Positions 49,476 to 62,404 are shown, numbered from the stretch's first letter. The stretch: 64,000 nucleotides of DNA from Octopus vulgaris (GCA_951406725.2 OX597838.1:12648001-12712000); one strand, 5' to 3'. Notes: generated from the letters alone by a model not told the origin. Made by a program: numbers and translations.

Positions 49476-49858
49476 GAGTGGCTGTGTGGTAAGTAGCTTG
49501 CTTACCAATCACATGGTTCCGGGTTTAGTCCCACTGCGTGGCACCTTGGGCAAGTGTCTTCTACTATAGCCTCGGGCCGACCAAAGCCTTGTGAGTGGAT
49601 TTGGTAGGCGGAAACTGAAAGAAGCCCGTCATGTATATGTATATATATATAGGCGCAGGAGTGGCTGTTTGGTATATATATATATATATATACGACAGGC
49701 TTCTTTCAGTTTCCGTCTACCAAATCCACTCACAAGGCTTTGGTCAGCCCGAGACTATAGTAGAAGACACTTGCCAAAGGTGCCACGCAGTGGGACTGAA
49801 CCCGGAACCATGTGGTTGGTAAACAAGCTACTTACCACACAGCCACTCCTGCGCCTAT
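49476..49858. mobile_element. Two SINE A 5' halves in inverted orientation
   Basis: A + strand head (49476-49630) and a - strand head (49692-49858), joined through (TA)n and a ~25-nt third head fragment. Confidence 0.9.
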
Positions 49859-49889
49859 GAAGATGCTTTCTTAAGGAGCTGTAGTATTT

Positions 49890-50270
49890 TTCTTTTTTTT
49901 CTCCAGTTATGAGACAAGATTGTCAAAGATCCCATGTGGATGATTTCACGGCTCTATTCATAGGGTCAGTGAAGATTTGGCTGGCATGAGGTTGGCACTT
50001 GGTTAAGGGAACATTAGGAAGCTGTGTGTCAAATGGTGGTATAATTTGTGTTAGATTAAGCATTGTTGGACATGACAGCAAATAGGTCATTGCTAAAGGA
50101 AGAAGAGTGTGGGGAAAGAGACCCCCAGCATAAGGGTGTACTACTCCCACATCTGGGTCAGTGGTATTGCACACTGATATTGTAGACTCTGTGCAAAGGA
50201 AAGAGACCACTTGTGTGGTTAGCATGAAATCACGTATGCACACCAACCAATTTCCAGCCCACAAATGTTC
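49890..50270 (-). pseudogene. Decayed LINE APE-endonuclease fragment
   Basis: Minus-strand LVCIRDF (~GDFN), LNLTQII and a degenerate SPLGSSDH-like segment. Confidence 0.45.
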
Positions 50271-50299
50271 TCTCTCCCCTTGCTGGGTTTTCTCCTATT

Positions 50300-50686
50300 G
50301 GGGGAAGCACTCCGTCGGTTACGACGATGAGGGTTCCGGTTGATCCGAATCAACGGAACAGCCTGCTTGTGAAATTAACGTGTAGGTGACTGAGCACTCC
50401 ACAGACACGTGCACCCTTAACGTAGTTCTCTGGGATATTCAGCGTGACACAGAGAGTGACAAGGCCGGCCCTTTGAAATACAGGTACAACAGAAACAGGA
50501 AGTAAGAGTAAGAGAAAGTTGTGGTGAAAGAGTACAGCAGGGATCGCCACCATCCCCTGCCGGAGCCTCGTGGAGCTTCAGGTGTTTTCGCTCAATAAAC
50601 ACTCACAACGCCCGGTCTGGGAATCGAAACCGCGATCCTATGACCGCGAGTCCGCTGCCCTAACCACTGGGCCATTGCGCCTCCAC
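50300..50686 (-). mobile_element. SINE family C, full length, 11-bp TSD
   Basis: TSD TTTCTCCTATT; tRNA-like head. Confidence 0.92.
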
Positions 50687-51252
50687 TTTCTCCTATTACT
50701 ACAATAGACACAGGCATGGCTGTGTAGTAAGAAATTTGCTTCCCAACTACATTGTTCCAGGTTCAATCCCACTGTGTAGTACCTTGGACTAGTTTGTTTC
50801 TACCATAACCTCAGACCACCCAAAGCAGCGGATTTGGTAGACAGAAACTGAAAGAAGCCCATTTGTGTGTGTGTATGTGTGTGTTCCTGTCTTTGTCATG
50901 CAAGCTGTGTCCTTAGTTCACAATCTTTCATGAAAATCATGTTTGACCATGGAGAAATATTGCCTTGCTTGGAAGCAAGTGAGGGTTGGTGGCAGGAAGG
51001 GCATCCAGCTGTAGAAAATCCACCTCACCCATGCAAGCATACAAAAGTGGACATTAAGACAATGAAGGTGATAACTACAACAATGACCTCTGCTTCATAG
51101 AGCTGGCTGGTCAGTTGGTCAGTCTTGTGTCCCCTGGTAATTGTGTTGCTGATGGTGGTTGTTTGGCCCTCCCATCATTTTGTGGAGGCATGTCCCTTTA
51201 TGGTGAACCACTAAATTATCTAATATATTCTTTCCATATTTAAGGTGGCATT

Positions 51253-51391
51253 GGTCGACTTTGCCTTTCATCCTTTCAGGGGGTCGATTAAATAAGTACC
51301 AGTTACTGGAGTCGGTGTAATTGACTTAATCTGTTTGTCTGTCCTTGTTTGTCCCCTCTGTGTTTAGCCCCCTTGTGGGCAATAAAGAAAT
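51253..51391 (+). mobile_element. SINE family B, 5'-truncated, with TSD
   Basis: ATATTTAAGGTGGCAT duplicated on both sides. Confidence 0.85.
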
Positions 51392-51602
51392 ATATTTAAG
51401 GTGGCATGCTATTTGTTTGAAGGAAATTTTGCCACCATCTCTAGCAGATCAACCAAACCGCATAGCCTGCTCCCTCAATTGGCTTGCTAATTGATTTCCC
51501 ACCCCACCCCACCCCACCCCCACCCTTATTGGTAGCATTTTGTAGTTGTGGTGTGGTATGAAATTTTCTCTCTGCCCCTCACCCAACAGGTCAGTAAAAG
51601 GT

Positions 51603-51606
51603 CACC

Positions 51607-51653
<47 letters not shown>

Positions 51654-51780
51654 CACAACTACTACTACTGCTGCTGCTGCTACTACTACTACTACTACTA
51701 CTACCACTATTGCTACTACTACTACTACTACTACTACTGCTACTACTACTACTACTACTACGACTACTACTACTACTACT
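51603..51780. repeat. Compound (CCA)/(CTA)/(CTG) trinucleotide repeat
   Basis: Direct reading of the sequence. Confidence 0.95.
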
Positions 51781-52894
51781 CTTTATATATCACCCCCTCC
51801 CTTCAGATCCTGCATTTGTAATTTTTTTTTCTCCTCCTCCCATAGATTTGTATTTTTGCGGAAAAATCTTTCTGCATTCTTCCTAGTGGAACTGGGGTTT
51901 GTGTGAATGTGTGTGTGTGTGTGTGTGTGTGTGTATCATTGTGTATCAGTGTGGTGGTGGTGGTGGTGGTGGTGGTGGTTAGGGGGTTGCATGTCCCTTT
52001 ATTTGTTCTTTGCTTGCTTTCCTGGCTTTGCAGAATATCATTGATCCTGGTTGAAGGCAGAATGTTGCATTGATTAAGCAGGCCTTGTGTGTATGTATGG
52101 TTGTTGTTGTTCTTCTTCTTCTTCTTGTTATAATTGTTGCTGCAGCCAAGAGCCATGAGCCAATGAGGGAGCTTCGACGGGCATCTTTGACCTGCTAAAC
52201 GTAGCAACCAAATTAGTCAGTAGCTGAATTCAAAGGATAGCTTCTGCCTTGGTATGTTAAATTTCTTTTAGCATGCTACAGTGCAGCAGCCTCTGTCATT
52301 TCTCATCTTGCTAGAAATAGCAGCCAAATCTCCTTCGAATCTCTCCGTTTTTTTTTTTTAAATAAAAAAAAATGGGAGAAGCAAAGTACTCAAGAAATAA
52401 AGTCATCTTTATCTTTTACTTGTCTGTGGCCAAGCTGGGGCACTGACTTGAAGAATTTTTGTCAAGCAATCAACTCCAGTACCTTTTTTTTTTTTTTGGT
52501 CCATTCTGATTGAGCAGATCTATAATTAAAGGCAATCCATTTGTGACCACCCTGTATTTTTTTCAGCAACAATGTATCTAGGACTACATTGTAATATGTG
52601 TCATTGTTTTTAAGAGAGAGAAAAAGCTGTATGGTGTGATTCAAGGAAGATTTGACAGTTATTTCTTGCAGGTCGCAGAGCCTCTTGGAGGCTTTTCTGT
52701 TTTAAGGCTGTTAGACTTCACACATGGGTGCAGGATCATCAGCAATTGTGACCTGTTATACTGTTTGCAGACCTATCCAACCCATACCATTATGTGAAAA
52801 TTAGACAGTAAAATGGTGGTGGTGGTGGCAGGGGCAGTGACAATGGGGGTGAGGAACAGTGGTACATGAATCAGTATCTTCTATATATCTAAAT

Positions 52895-53113
52895 CAGTGA
52901 TTTTCAACCAGGGTTCCGCGGAACCTTAGGGTTCTGCCAATACAGTCCAGGGGTTCCGCAAGAAGTTACAAAACTGCTAAAATCGGCAGTAATTTTTAAT
53001 TCTCCTGTGCAGATATGTGTGCATAAGACTATTAAATTATTGCACAGGGGTTCCTCGAGCCAGTGGAATGTTTCCTTGGGGTTCCGGTCCAGCAAAAAGT
53101 TTGAAAAGCACTG
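52895..53113. mobile_element. hAT (Charlie-like) MITE
   Basis: CAGTGATTTTCAA../..TTGAAAAGCACTG TIRs; perfect 8-bp TSD ATCTAAAT; subterminal GGGTTCC repeats. Confidence 0.92.
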
Positions 53114-53469
53114 ATCTAAATCAACAAAATATTTTCAAATTTCTCTTAAAAGAGATATTTAGCTGCCATTTCTAACAGATTGACTAGCTGCATAAAGGCT
53201 TTCTCATCTTGCATATCGTGCCCAGATTGCAGCATTGCACCACATGCATCGCATACAATCAACCATTGCATGTCAGAATGTGCATAAAGGTTTTGAACCA
53301 GGCAAAGGAGTGGAAAAGTATGAAACCTGCCGATGACCCTTTGTTGCTCAACCAGATACTCACCTGATCGATCAAAGATAAGCCCAAGTTTTATAACAAC
53401 AACAACAACAACATAGCGGACCATCTGTGGATGGGAACCCTTAGAATAGTTTTGTTTCTCAAACGGTTC

Positions 53470-53648
53470 ACATCATCATCATTGTTCGACCGTGGTCTAG
53501 ACAATGGAATTTACCATGCTACGCCAGACTTCACGGTCCATCATAGCATTACGGAGGTCCTGTTGCTTGATGCCTGTATCCCTGGAGATTACATCAGGGT
53601 AGGAGAGTGTGCGCCCTCTGGTATTGCAAGTAGATGGCTTCCAGAGGA
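53470..53648 (-). mobile_element. RTE/RTEX-type LINE 3' end
   Basis: LWKPSTCNTRGRTLSYPDVISRDTGIKQQDLRNAMMDREVWRSMVNSIV* followed by a (GAT)n tail. Confidence 0.8.
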
Positions 53649-55076
53649 GAAGAGTAGAAATTGCCGGTTAATTGCATAAAACTACTGCTAAGAATTGCCC
53701 ATTGAGATTCTTCTACAAGATTTCTTTATTTTTTTTCACTTGTAACAGGATATGTTGATCAAGGCCTGATACTCCGTTCAATTTCCTTCTCTTTATTTCT
53801 GTTCTCCTCTTTCTCTTCCGCACTCTTTCCCTCCTTCCTCCTCTCTTTCCCTTTTCTTCCTTCCTTCTTCCTCTCTCTTTCTCCCTCCTTCCATTTATTT
53901 CTCGCTTCTCATGCCTCTCCTTCTCAGAGAGATTTGACACTCCATCTATTCCACTTCACCTTCACCACCACCACCACCACCACCCCTGTCGCCTTTTTCC
54001 ACTCGCTGTCGGAAACTTCATGGCCAATGGAAAGCCTGCTCCTACTTTTCCTGTTATTTATGTATTTATTTCCTCATTTTTGACTCCAAAGGATTGGTTA
54101 AACCATTATCCTCCCTCTCAGACAAAATGGTACACACAACCTGAAGTGAATGCTGGGTGGGGATTAGCAACCATAAAAACCCTTTCATAATTATAACTCT
54201 AACATATTAGAACTTAATTTTCAATATAATCAAAACTTTGGGCCCAAAATATTGGTAATATCTTCTACCAATATCATCATTGGTTACTTATAATTTTATT
54301 TGTAATGATGCTTGAGTTAACGAGGTCAACTGAGGTCACAATATTACTCTTGTTGTGACAAAAATCTTGATTTAACCCTTCAATATTTAAACCAAACATA
54401 TCGGGCCCAGATATTCTTGTTTTATGTTCAAACTCACCAGATTTGGCCTCTCCTTGAAATCTCAAAACTGTGAGATATGAGCTGTGGCAATTTAAAAAAA
54501 ATTATTGATCCTGGACAGTTTCAACCAGATCCGAATTGAAAGGTTTAAGTTAGCATCACCATCATCATTATAACATTCATTTTTCAATGCTCATGTAGGT
54601 CAGATGGAAATTTTTGAGGTGGATTTTCAATGAGCAAACCCTTCCTTTTTACCAGCCTTCACCTGTTTTGAATTAAGGTAATATTTCCCCATGACCAGAC
54701 AAGTGTTCACAGAATATCATAAACAAAGGCTTCTACAAAACAATCATGGATGTTCCAAGACCACCCACCCCCTCCTGCTTTTTTTGTTTTTTTTCTCTGT
54801 GACAAAAAAATAAACAAGGATGCATTAATTCATGTATCTTTTATTTTATAATTGTTTGTCATCTGGCTGTGACCATGCTGGAGCTACTCCTTGAAGGTTT
54901 TTAGTCAAACAAATTGACTGCAGCACTTAATTTTTGTTAAGCATAGTACTTATTATATCAGTCTCTTTTGCTGAACCAATAAGCTATGGGGACATAAACA
55001 AACCAACTGTCAAGTGGTGGTGAGATGTATGCACACACACACACACACACGCACACATGTATACATACATATGACA

Positions 55077-55306
55077 GGCGGCGAGCTGGCAGACACGTTA
55101 GCACGCCAGGCGAAATGCGTAGCCGTATTTCATCTGCTGCTACGTTCTGAGTTCAAATTCTGCCGAGGTCAACTTTGCCTTTCATCCTTTCGGGGTCGAT
55201 AAATTAAGTACCAGTTATACACTGCGGTCGATATAATCGACTTAATCCATTTGTCTGTCCTTGTTTGTCCTCTCTGTGTTTAGCCCCTTGTGGGTAGTAA
55301 AGAAAT
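55077..55306 (+). mobile_element. SINE family B nested in an old minus-strand A-type SINE
   Basis: Full B unit interrupting ..GACAGGC|TTCTTTCAG... Confidence 0.87.
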
Positions 55307-55810
55307 AGGCTTCTTTCAGTTTCTGTCTACCAAATCCACTCAAAAGGCTTTGGTCAGCCCAAGGTGCTATGTAGTGGGACTGAACCCAGAACCATGTGGT
55401 TGAGAAGTAAGCTTCTTACCACACAGCCATGCTTGCACCTGTTCTCTCGAAAACAAGTTTCGGAGATGTCGTTAGTGAGAGATTTGGTTGCTGTTTCTAG
55501 CAAAGCAAGGGATTACGTAGAGGCTTCTTTGTTGGCTTGTGTACTGAGTGTTGTGGGAAGGTTTGAGAGAAAGGTTAGATCCTTGAAAAAGCTTCATAAA
55601 AATGCTGCTCCAATTAGTGGATCGGCTGATGGACAATGTCGAGGAAATATTAAACGTTGATATGATGGCGAATGGGCAACAGTGAGTCATTGAAATGACT
55701 GGAGTTGCTGCTGTTATACTGAAATGTGTGTCTGTGTATGAACATGTGTGTGTGTTTGTATACAGGCATGTACACGTGTATTAGAATGTGTGTGCTTGCA
55801 TGTATGCACT

Positions 55811-56223
55811 TACTCTCTCTCTTTACTCTTTTACTTGTTTCAGTCATTTGACTGCGGCCATGCTGGAGCACCGCCTTTAATCGAGCAACTCGACCCCGGG
55901 ACTTATTCTTTTTTTGTAAGCCCAGTACTTATTCTATCGGTCTCTTTTTGCGGAACCGCTAAGTGACGGGGACGTAAACACACCAGCATCGGTTGTCAAG
56001 CAATGCTAGGGGAACAAACACAGACACACATACATATATATATATACATATATATATACACGACGGGCTTCTTTCAATTTCCGTCTACCAAATCCACTCA
56101 CAAGGCATTGGTCGGCCCGGGGCTATAGCAGAAGACACTTGCCCAAGATGCCACGCAGTGGGACTGAACCCTGAACCATGTGGTTGGTTAGCAAGCTACT
56201 TACCACACAGCCACTCCTGCGCC
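55811..56223 (-). mobile_element. SINE family A, full length
   Basis: A consensus. Confidence 0.92.
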
Positions 56224-56616
56224 TTGTATATGTTTTGTAATTGTTTTTTATTACAAATATATTAGCATTCATGTCTTTCAACTTACAGTAAAAACCTCTG
56301 TGTGTGTGTGTGTGTTTGGCTGGGGGGTTTTCTTCCCCCTTATTTCAGAAATAGTTCCATAAGTTATGTTAAGCACCATGTTAATATATGTAAATGTATG
56401 CATAGATATTTGGTTTGTGTGGCTTTCTACTTTAAGAGGTCTCTGTTTTAGCCTTCTACTTTTGCTCTTTGCCGATGAAAGGAAGATGGACACGATATCC
56501 AGTATCATTTTGGCTTTTCTCTATAGAGTTCTGGACCTAATATATTGCCTTGTTTACCACCACTGGTATCTCAACAGAATCCACACTGTTGAAAATATTT
56601 GTACAAGTGGCTGTGA

Positions 56617-57000
56617 GGCACAGGAGTGGCTGTGTGGTAAGTAGCTTGCTTACCAACCACATGGTTCCAGGTTCAGTCCCACTGCGTGGCACCTTGGGCA
56701 AGTGTCTTCTGCTATAGCCTTGGGCCGACCAAAGCCTTGAGAGTGGATTTGGTAGAGGGAAACTGAAAGAAGCCCGTTGTATATATATATGTATTTGTGT
56801 GTGTCTGTGTTTGTCCCCCCAGCATCACTTGACAACTGATGCTTGTGTGTTTACGTCCCCGTAACCTAGCGGTTCAGCAAAAGAGACCGATAGACTAAGT
56901 ACTAGGCTTACAAAGAACAAGTCCTGAGGTCGATTTGCTCGACTAAAGGCGGTGCTCCAGCATGGCCGCAGTCAAATGACTGAAACAAGTAAAAGAGTAA
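56617..57000 (+). mobile_element. SINE family A, full length
   Basis: A consensus; inverted relative to 55811-56223. Confidence 0.9.
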
Positions 57001-57499
57001 GCTCACCTGGTTTGAGAATGATGCAAGAATTGGAACTTCTTCATCCTTTTTCCCCATCCCATGTCGTAGAGGCTCTGCAAAGATGTCTCAGGTACTGCTT
57101 TTCTTTCTTGATGCCATTCATGATGGCAGCCTTGAATCTGTCAACAAATGTTATCCAATAAACTGCGGCTATTCCGTTTATATGGTGGCCACATTGTCCT
57201 GAAATCTAGATACTCAAGACAGTGACAGCATTGCAGCTGCTTTGAATCTGCTGGGAATAACAGTCAAATCTCCCTGAAACCAAACCCTGCTGTCTTAAAT
57301 GCACTTACAGTGGACAGTGTTGCTCTGGTACACAAAACAATAGGATTTGTCACAGGTAAAATGCCCACTTTTATAGACCTGCTGGGTGAGGGTTGACCTA
57401 GGATTAAGTAATGCCTTCAATGGTTTCAGTTTGAAATAGGGAGGCCTTATCAAGGCAAAAAGCCTAATTTGGTATGTGTGTGTATCTCTCTCTCTCTCT

Positions 57500-57541
<42 letters not shown>

Positions 57542-57545
<4 letters not shown>

Positions 57546-57772
57546 TCATCATCGTTTAACGTCCATTTTCCATGCTAGCATGGGTTGGACGGTTCGGCCG
57601 AGGTCTGGGAAGCCAGAAGGCTGCACCAGGCACCAGTCTGATCTGGCAGTGTTTCTACAGCTGGATGCCCTTCCTAACGCCAACCACTCCGTGAGTGTAG
57701 TGGGTGCTTTTTACGTGCCAGGCGATCGGTTGGTGCTTTTTACGTGCCGCTGGCACGGAAGCCAGTCAAGGC
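57542..57772 (-). mobile_element. Retroposon family D
   Basis: Reverse-complement D body within (TA)n. Confidence 0.85.
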
Positions 57773-57810
<38 letters not shown>

Positions 57811-58126
57811 TGCACATAAGTCAGGGTGGTATTGTTTAATGAAGTATAGTCTGATAAAGTGTTTTTTAATTTTCATTTAAAACATCAAAACAATGTGAGT
57901 TATAAGAAATTATGCAATTTGATGGTTTGTGTTTTTATCTTGTTCTTCAACATTTCAAGATCTCAGTGATTTGATGTTGCAAGCAGACAAGTCTGCTTGC
58001 AGCACCAACCCTTTGAAGATGCCTCAACCCTGAAATAGTGAAGTACAAAAAAAAAATACAAACCATTAATTAGCTTCTATTATTTCTTACAACTTGTATT
58101 GTTTTGGCTTCAAAAAAATTAGACAG

Positions 58127-58204
<78 letters not shown>

Positions 58205-58859
58205 TTTGTGGGGTAGGACTCGAAGGATTCACTTTTTTTTTTTTTTCTGAATGCAACTTGAGATGCCAGTGAGGAGAGGAACCGCCTAAATCTCAGATAT
58301 CTGTGGGTGGGCATACACAAGCATGCACATGTATACAGAAGTACTTTAATGCTGGATGTGTATAGGTGGAGTTTTCAGAGATACACACACACACACACAT
58401 ATGGAGGCACTCAAATCCTGGAGGTGTGTGGCCGAGTTTACACACTTAAGCACCAGCACTCGAACCTCAGATATGTGTGGATGGGTTTTTGCGTTTACAC
58501 ACTGGTACCGAAGTCTCAGATATGTGTGGGTGAGTTTACGCAAACACACACACTCATACACACATACACACAACCAAACACAAACAAATGCTCGTGTGTA
58601 TCATCAGCGCCCTCTCTTCTCTGTGACATTCGCTGTCGAGAATCTGTGTTTGCTAGCTTCGGTGTACAAGTAACATACCAAGCATTTTTACGTTGTCATT
58701 GAGCATTTTGGCAGATTTCCATCACAGAAGAAACTCGACTGAAATAAGATGTCTTTTAGGATGCTATATCAATGTCACTGGAAGCAAAAGAACTTTGCTG
58801 ATGTTAAGTGTACTGTTTGCAGCAAGCACTTAAATTCCTCGTCTGCTGTCATTCTCTCT

Positions 58860-58898
<39 letters not shown>

Positions 58899-59223
58899 AT
58901 ATGTATTTATGTAAATATATTTAATTGTCCTTTTTGATGTAGTAAATTGGTAATTTTACTATTGACCTACATATATAACTTAGTTGTCATTGTCATCTTT
59001 GTTGTTGTCGTTGTTGTTGTTGGCTTGTTGAATTAATATCTTTTAATAGATATGAAGAGGGGGAGGACAAGTTGGTGGAACTAGGCTCTGTGTTTCGTTG
59101 TAATGAGTTTTATGTGTTTGTTAAATAGAATAGCTTATCTTGTCACACCATTGAAATGCTTGTTAGGAAGTATTTTCTAGGAAAACACACACACACACAC
59201 ACACACAGACACTGCTACAACTG

Positions 59224-59372
59224 CCTGCATGCAGTTGGACTTGCATGCAACTGCACTTGCACAAATGCTGCTTGTCTCATGTGCAGCTTGATTTGCACAT
59301 GCAGCTTGACTCGCGTGCACGGCTTGACTCGTGCATTTGTGGCTTGACTCTCATGCAGTTGGATTTGTGCTT
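59224..59372. repeat. Degenerate ~16-bp minisatellite
   Basis: About 8 units resembling TGCAGCTTGACTCGCG / TGCAGTTGGACTTGCA. Confidence 0.65.
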
Positions 59373-59519
59373 ACAACCAGGATTCATACTCATGGCTGGA
59401 CATGTACTCAAAGGCAAATAAAATAAAATCAAACGCATCTAGGCATACGGCCAAGTGCATACACACACACACACACACACAGAGTCAGACTTGTACATGC
59501 ACTTATATAATTAAGAACA

Positions 59520-59735
59520 GCGAGCTGGCAGAAATGTTAGCACGCCGGGTGAAATGCGTGGCCGTATTTCGTCTGCCGTTACGTTCTGAGTTCAAATTCC
59601 GCCGAGGTCGACTTTGCCTTTCATCCTTTCGGGGTCGATAAATTAAGTACCAGTAACGCACTGGGGTCGATCTAATCAACTTAATCCCTTTGTTTGTCCT
59701 CTCTGTGTTTAGCCCCTTGTGGGTAGTAAAGAAAT
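59520..59735 (+). mobile_element. SINE family B
   Basis: B consensus; flanks TATATAA(T/A)TAAGAAC duplicated. Confidence 0.88.
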
Positions 59736-59967
59736 ATATATATAAATAAGAACTCTACATTGACTTTGAGCAGTGCTCATAATTCTGCTTGCTCCAATTT
59801 GCTTGACTAACAAGAAATAGATTGCTCTCTTTCTTCACAGTCGAATGGGGGGGAGCAGTCATCGTCACCCTAATGTTAGTACTAAGGGGCATCTAGTGAA
59901 TTGTTGCAACAAATATACTTTTCTGTGCATCAACAGAGAATTGGGTCAGTCTATTTATCCATAGAAG

Positions 59968-60651
59968 CAGTGCTGGATTAACCATTAAGCAAAATAAACA
60001 TGTGCTTAGGGTATCAAGGGAACAGGAGCACCACAGAAATGGTAAATGGTAAGTGATATTAGAAGTGGTTTATGTGATCGGAAATATAATTTCAGTGTTC
60101 ATAGGCACAGGAGTGGCTGTGTGGTAAGTAGCTTGCTAACCAACCACATGGTTCTGGGTTCAGTCCCACTGCGTGGCATCTTGGGCAAGTGTCTTCTGCT
60201 ATAGCCTCGGGCAGACCAAAGCCTTGTGAGTGGATTTGGTAGACGGAAATTGAAAGAAGCCTGTCGTATATACGTATGTGTGTGTATATGTCTGTGTTTG
60301 TCCCTCTGGCATTGCTTGACAACCGATGCTGGTGTGTTTACGTCCCCGTCACTTAGCGGTTCGGCAAAAAGAGACCGATAGAATAAGTACTGGGCTTACA
60401 AAGAATAAGCTCTGGGGTCGAGTTGCTCGACTAAAGGCGGTGCTCCAGCATGGCCGCAGTCAAATGACTGAAACAAGTAAAAGAGAGAGTAAAGAGTAAA
60501 ATAGTGTCAAAATAAAACATTATTTTTCATATTTCTGTTGTTTCATTTTGAAAAATTTTTATAGTTTATTATTGTTTATATTTTGAATTACATATGGGGG
60601 CACCAAAATCTTTAAGTGCTTAGGGCCTCTATGGCTCTTAATCCAGCCTTG
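59968..60651. mobile_element. hAT-type MITE carrying a nested SINE A (60101-60498, +)
   Basis: TIRs CAGTGCTGGATTAA / TTAATCCAGCCTTG; perfect 8-bp TSD CATAGAAG. Confidence 0.88.
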
Positions 60652-60709
60652 CATAGAAGGCAGCTATATTTAAATTGAGTAGTTACTGCTGTTAAAACTG
60701 ATATCTGCG

Positions 60710-61093
60710 CAAGCATGGCTGTGTGGTAAGAAGTTTGCTTCCCAACCAAATACTTCTGGGTTCAGTTCAATGGTGTGGCGCCTTGGGCAAGTTCCTTGTG
60801 AGTGGATTTGGTAGATGGAAACTGAGAGAAGCCTATCATGTGTGTGTGTGTGTGTCTGTCTGTCTCATTGTCTTTATATCATGTGATAGTTGTAAATGAA
60901 TGTTACTGTCAAACAAGCAGTGTCATTCATTTCCAGTATTCTGTAAGAACCTGTCTGACCATGGAGAAGTATTACATTGCTTGGAAACAGGTGAGGGTTG
61001 GCAACAGGAAGGGCATGTCTGTAGAAAACTTGCTTCTGATAAACTCCAGCCAATGCATGCATGCTTAGAATGGTGATTGTTAAATGATAACGA
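60710..61093 (+). mobile_element. Old SINE: A-type head with D-type tail
   Basis: TGGCTGTGTGGTAAGAAG head followed by a GGGTTGGCAACAGGAAGGGCAT..GTAGAAAA..TTAAATGATAACGAT tail; a similar copy lies at 50712-51085. Confidence 0.7.
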
Positions 61094-61113
61094 TACCCAT
61101 ACATACATACGTA

Positions 61114-61483
61114 AGGCGGCGAGCTAGCAGAATCGTTAGCACGCCGGGCGAAATGCTTAGCAGTATTTCGTCTGCTGTTACGTTCTGAGTTCAAATTCCT
61201 CTACGGTCAACTTTGCCTTTCATCCTTTCGGGGTCGATAAATTAAGTACCAGTTACGCACGAGGGGGGGGGGGGATGTAATTGACTTAATCCGTTTGTCT
61301 GTCCTTGTTTGTCCCTTCTATGTTTAGCCCCTTGTGGGTAATAAAGTAACAGGTATTTCGTCTGCCACTCTGTTCTGAGTTCAAATTCCACCAAGGTCGA
61401 CTTTGCCTTTAAAAAAAAAAATTCGTTTGTCTGTCCTTTTTTGTTCCCTCTGTGTTTAGCCTCTTGTGGGTAGTAAAGAAATA
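61114..61483 (+). mobile_element. SINE family B dimer with TSD
   Basis: The second unit starts at GTATTTCGTCTGCC; GATACCCATAC.TACAT is duplicated on both flanks. Confidence 0.85.
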
Positions 61484-62404
61484 GATACCCATACGTACAT
61501 GATAGTTTTCAGTTTTCATCTACCAAATTCACTCACAAGGCATTGGTCGATCTGAGGGTCTAGTATAAAACACTGGCCCGAGGTGCTGCATGTCAATCCT
61601 GGGGCTGAACTCAACACCACACGGTCGGGAAGTAAACCTCTCAACTACACAGTCATGCTTGCACACACCCACAAGACAAGACCATGCTTGCTTGCAATGT
61701 TTTTTCTAGCCATGGGAACTAAGAGGATTGAAGATGGGTCTGATGACCATGCTTAATAAAATTAGAATGATTTTAAGCTTTTTAAATTTGTCCAACACCA
61801 TGTCAAAGAAATAAATTAATCTTCATCCTTAACAAAGGTAGAAGGGTTAAAAACTCTGTATTTTGAGGGAAGTGGGGGTTCAGTATTTGTCTGTTCAAGG
61901 ATCACTGTTTCAAGGGTCAAATGGCCCTTGTAGAGGTTTCTTCATTGGTACTTTATGAACCCTTAGTCATTTTTTTTCCTTTAGTTTTAGCTTTGCTCTT
62001 CTTTTTAGATTCTTACAGTATGACTAAATAATTTCAGTTTTTTTTTTATTGTTACTTTTAATTTTATCCTAAAAATTTTTTTCTGCAAGTTTTGCAGGCA
62101 TGTGTGTATGTTTGTTTGTTTAAAATATTAATTATGATGAGTAAATGAAAACAAATTTTAACATGATATTTTGGAGAGAAATATATCTTCACACATTAAC
62201 GTAAATCTGCAAAGTTATCTTTCCACCAGACTGGAATTTGATGAAATTCAAAGAATATTTGAGAATGACATCTAACTGATAAGAGATATTTTGCAAGCAT
62301 CAATGTCTGTCTGTGTGTATCTGCATGTTTGTGTATGTGCTTTCGCATGCAGTTTTAGACTATGACATTTTTTAGGCAGATTAAAAAAAATATTAACTGC
62401 ATGT

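Noticed and set aside
53609-53624. CTCF-like motif GCGCCCTCTGGT (partial match also near 58607)
   Set aside because: A short match inside LINE coding sequence, expected by chance.
58749-58810. Candidate first coding exon MSFRMLYQCHWKQKNFAD
   Set aside because: Only a weak donor (GAT|GTTAAG); insufficient support.
62229-62300. Candidate downstream exon after the ..TTCCACCAG acceptor
   Set aside because: The phase-1 frame stops after about 15 codons and there is no good donor.
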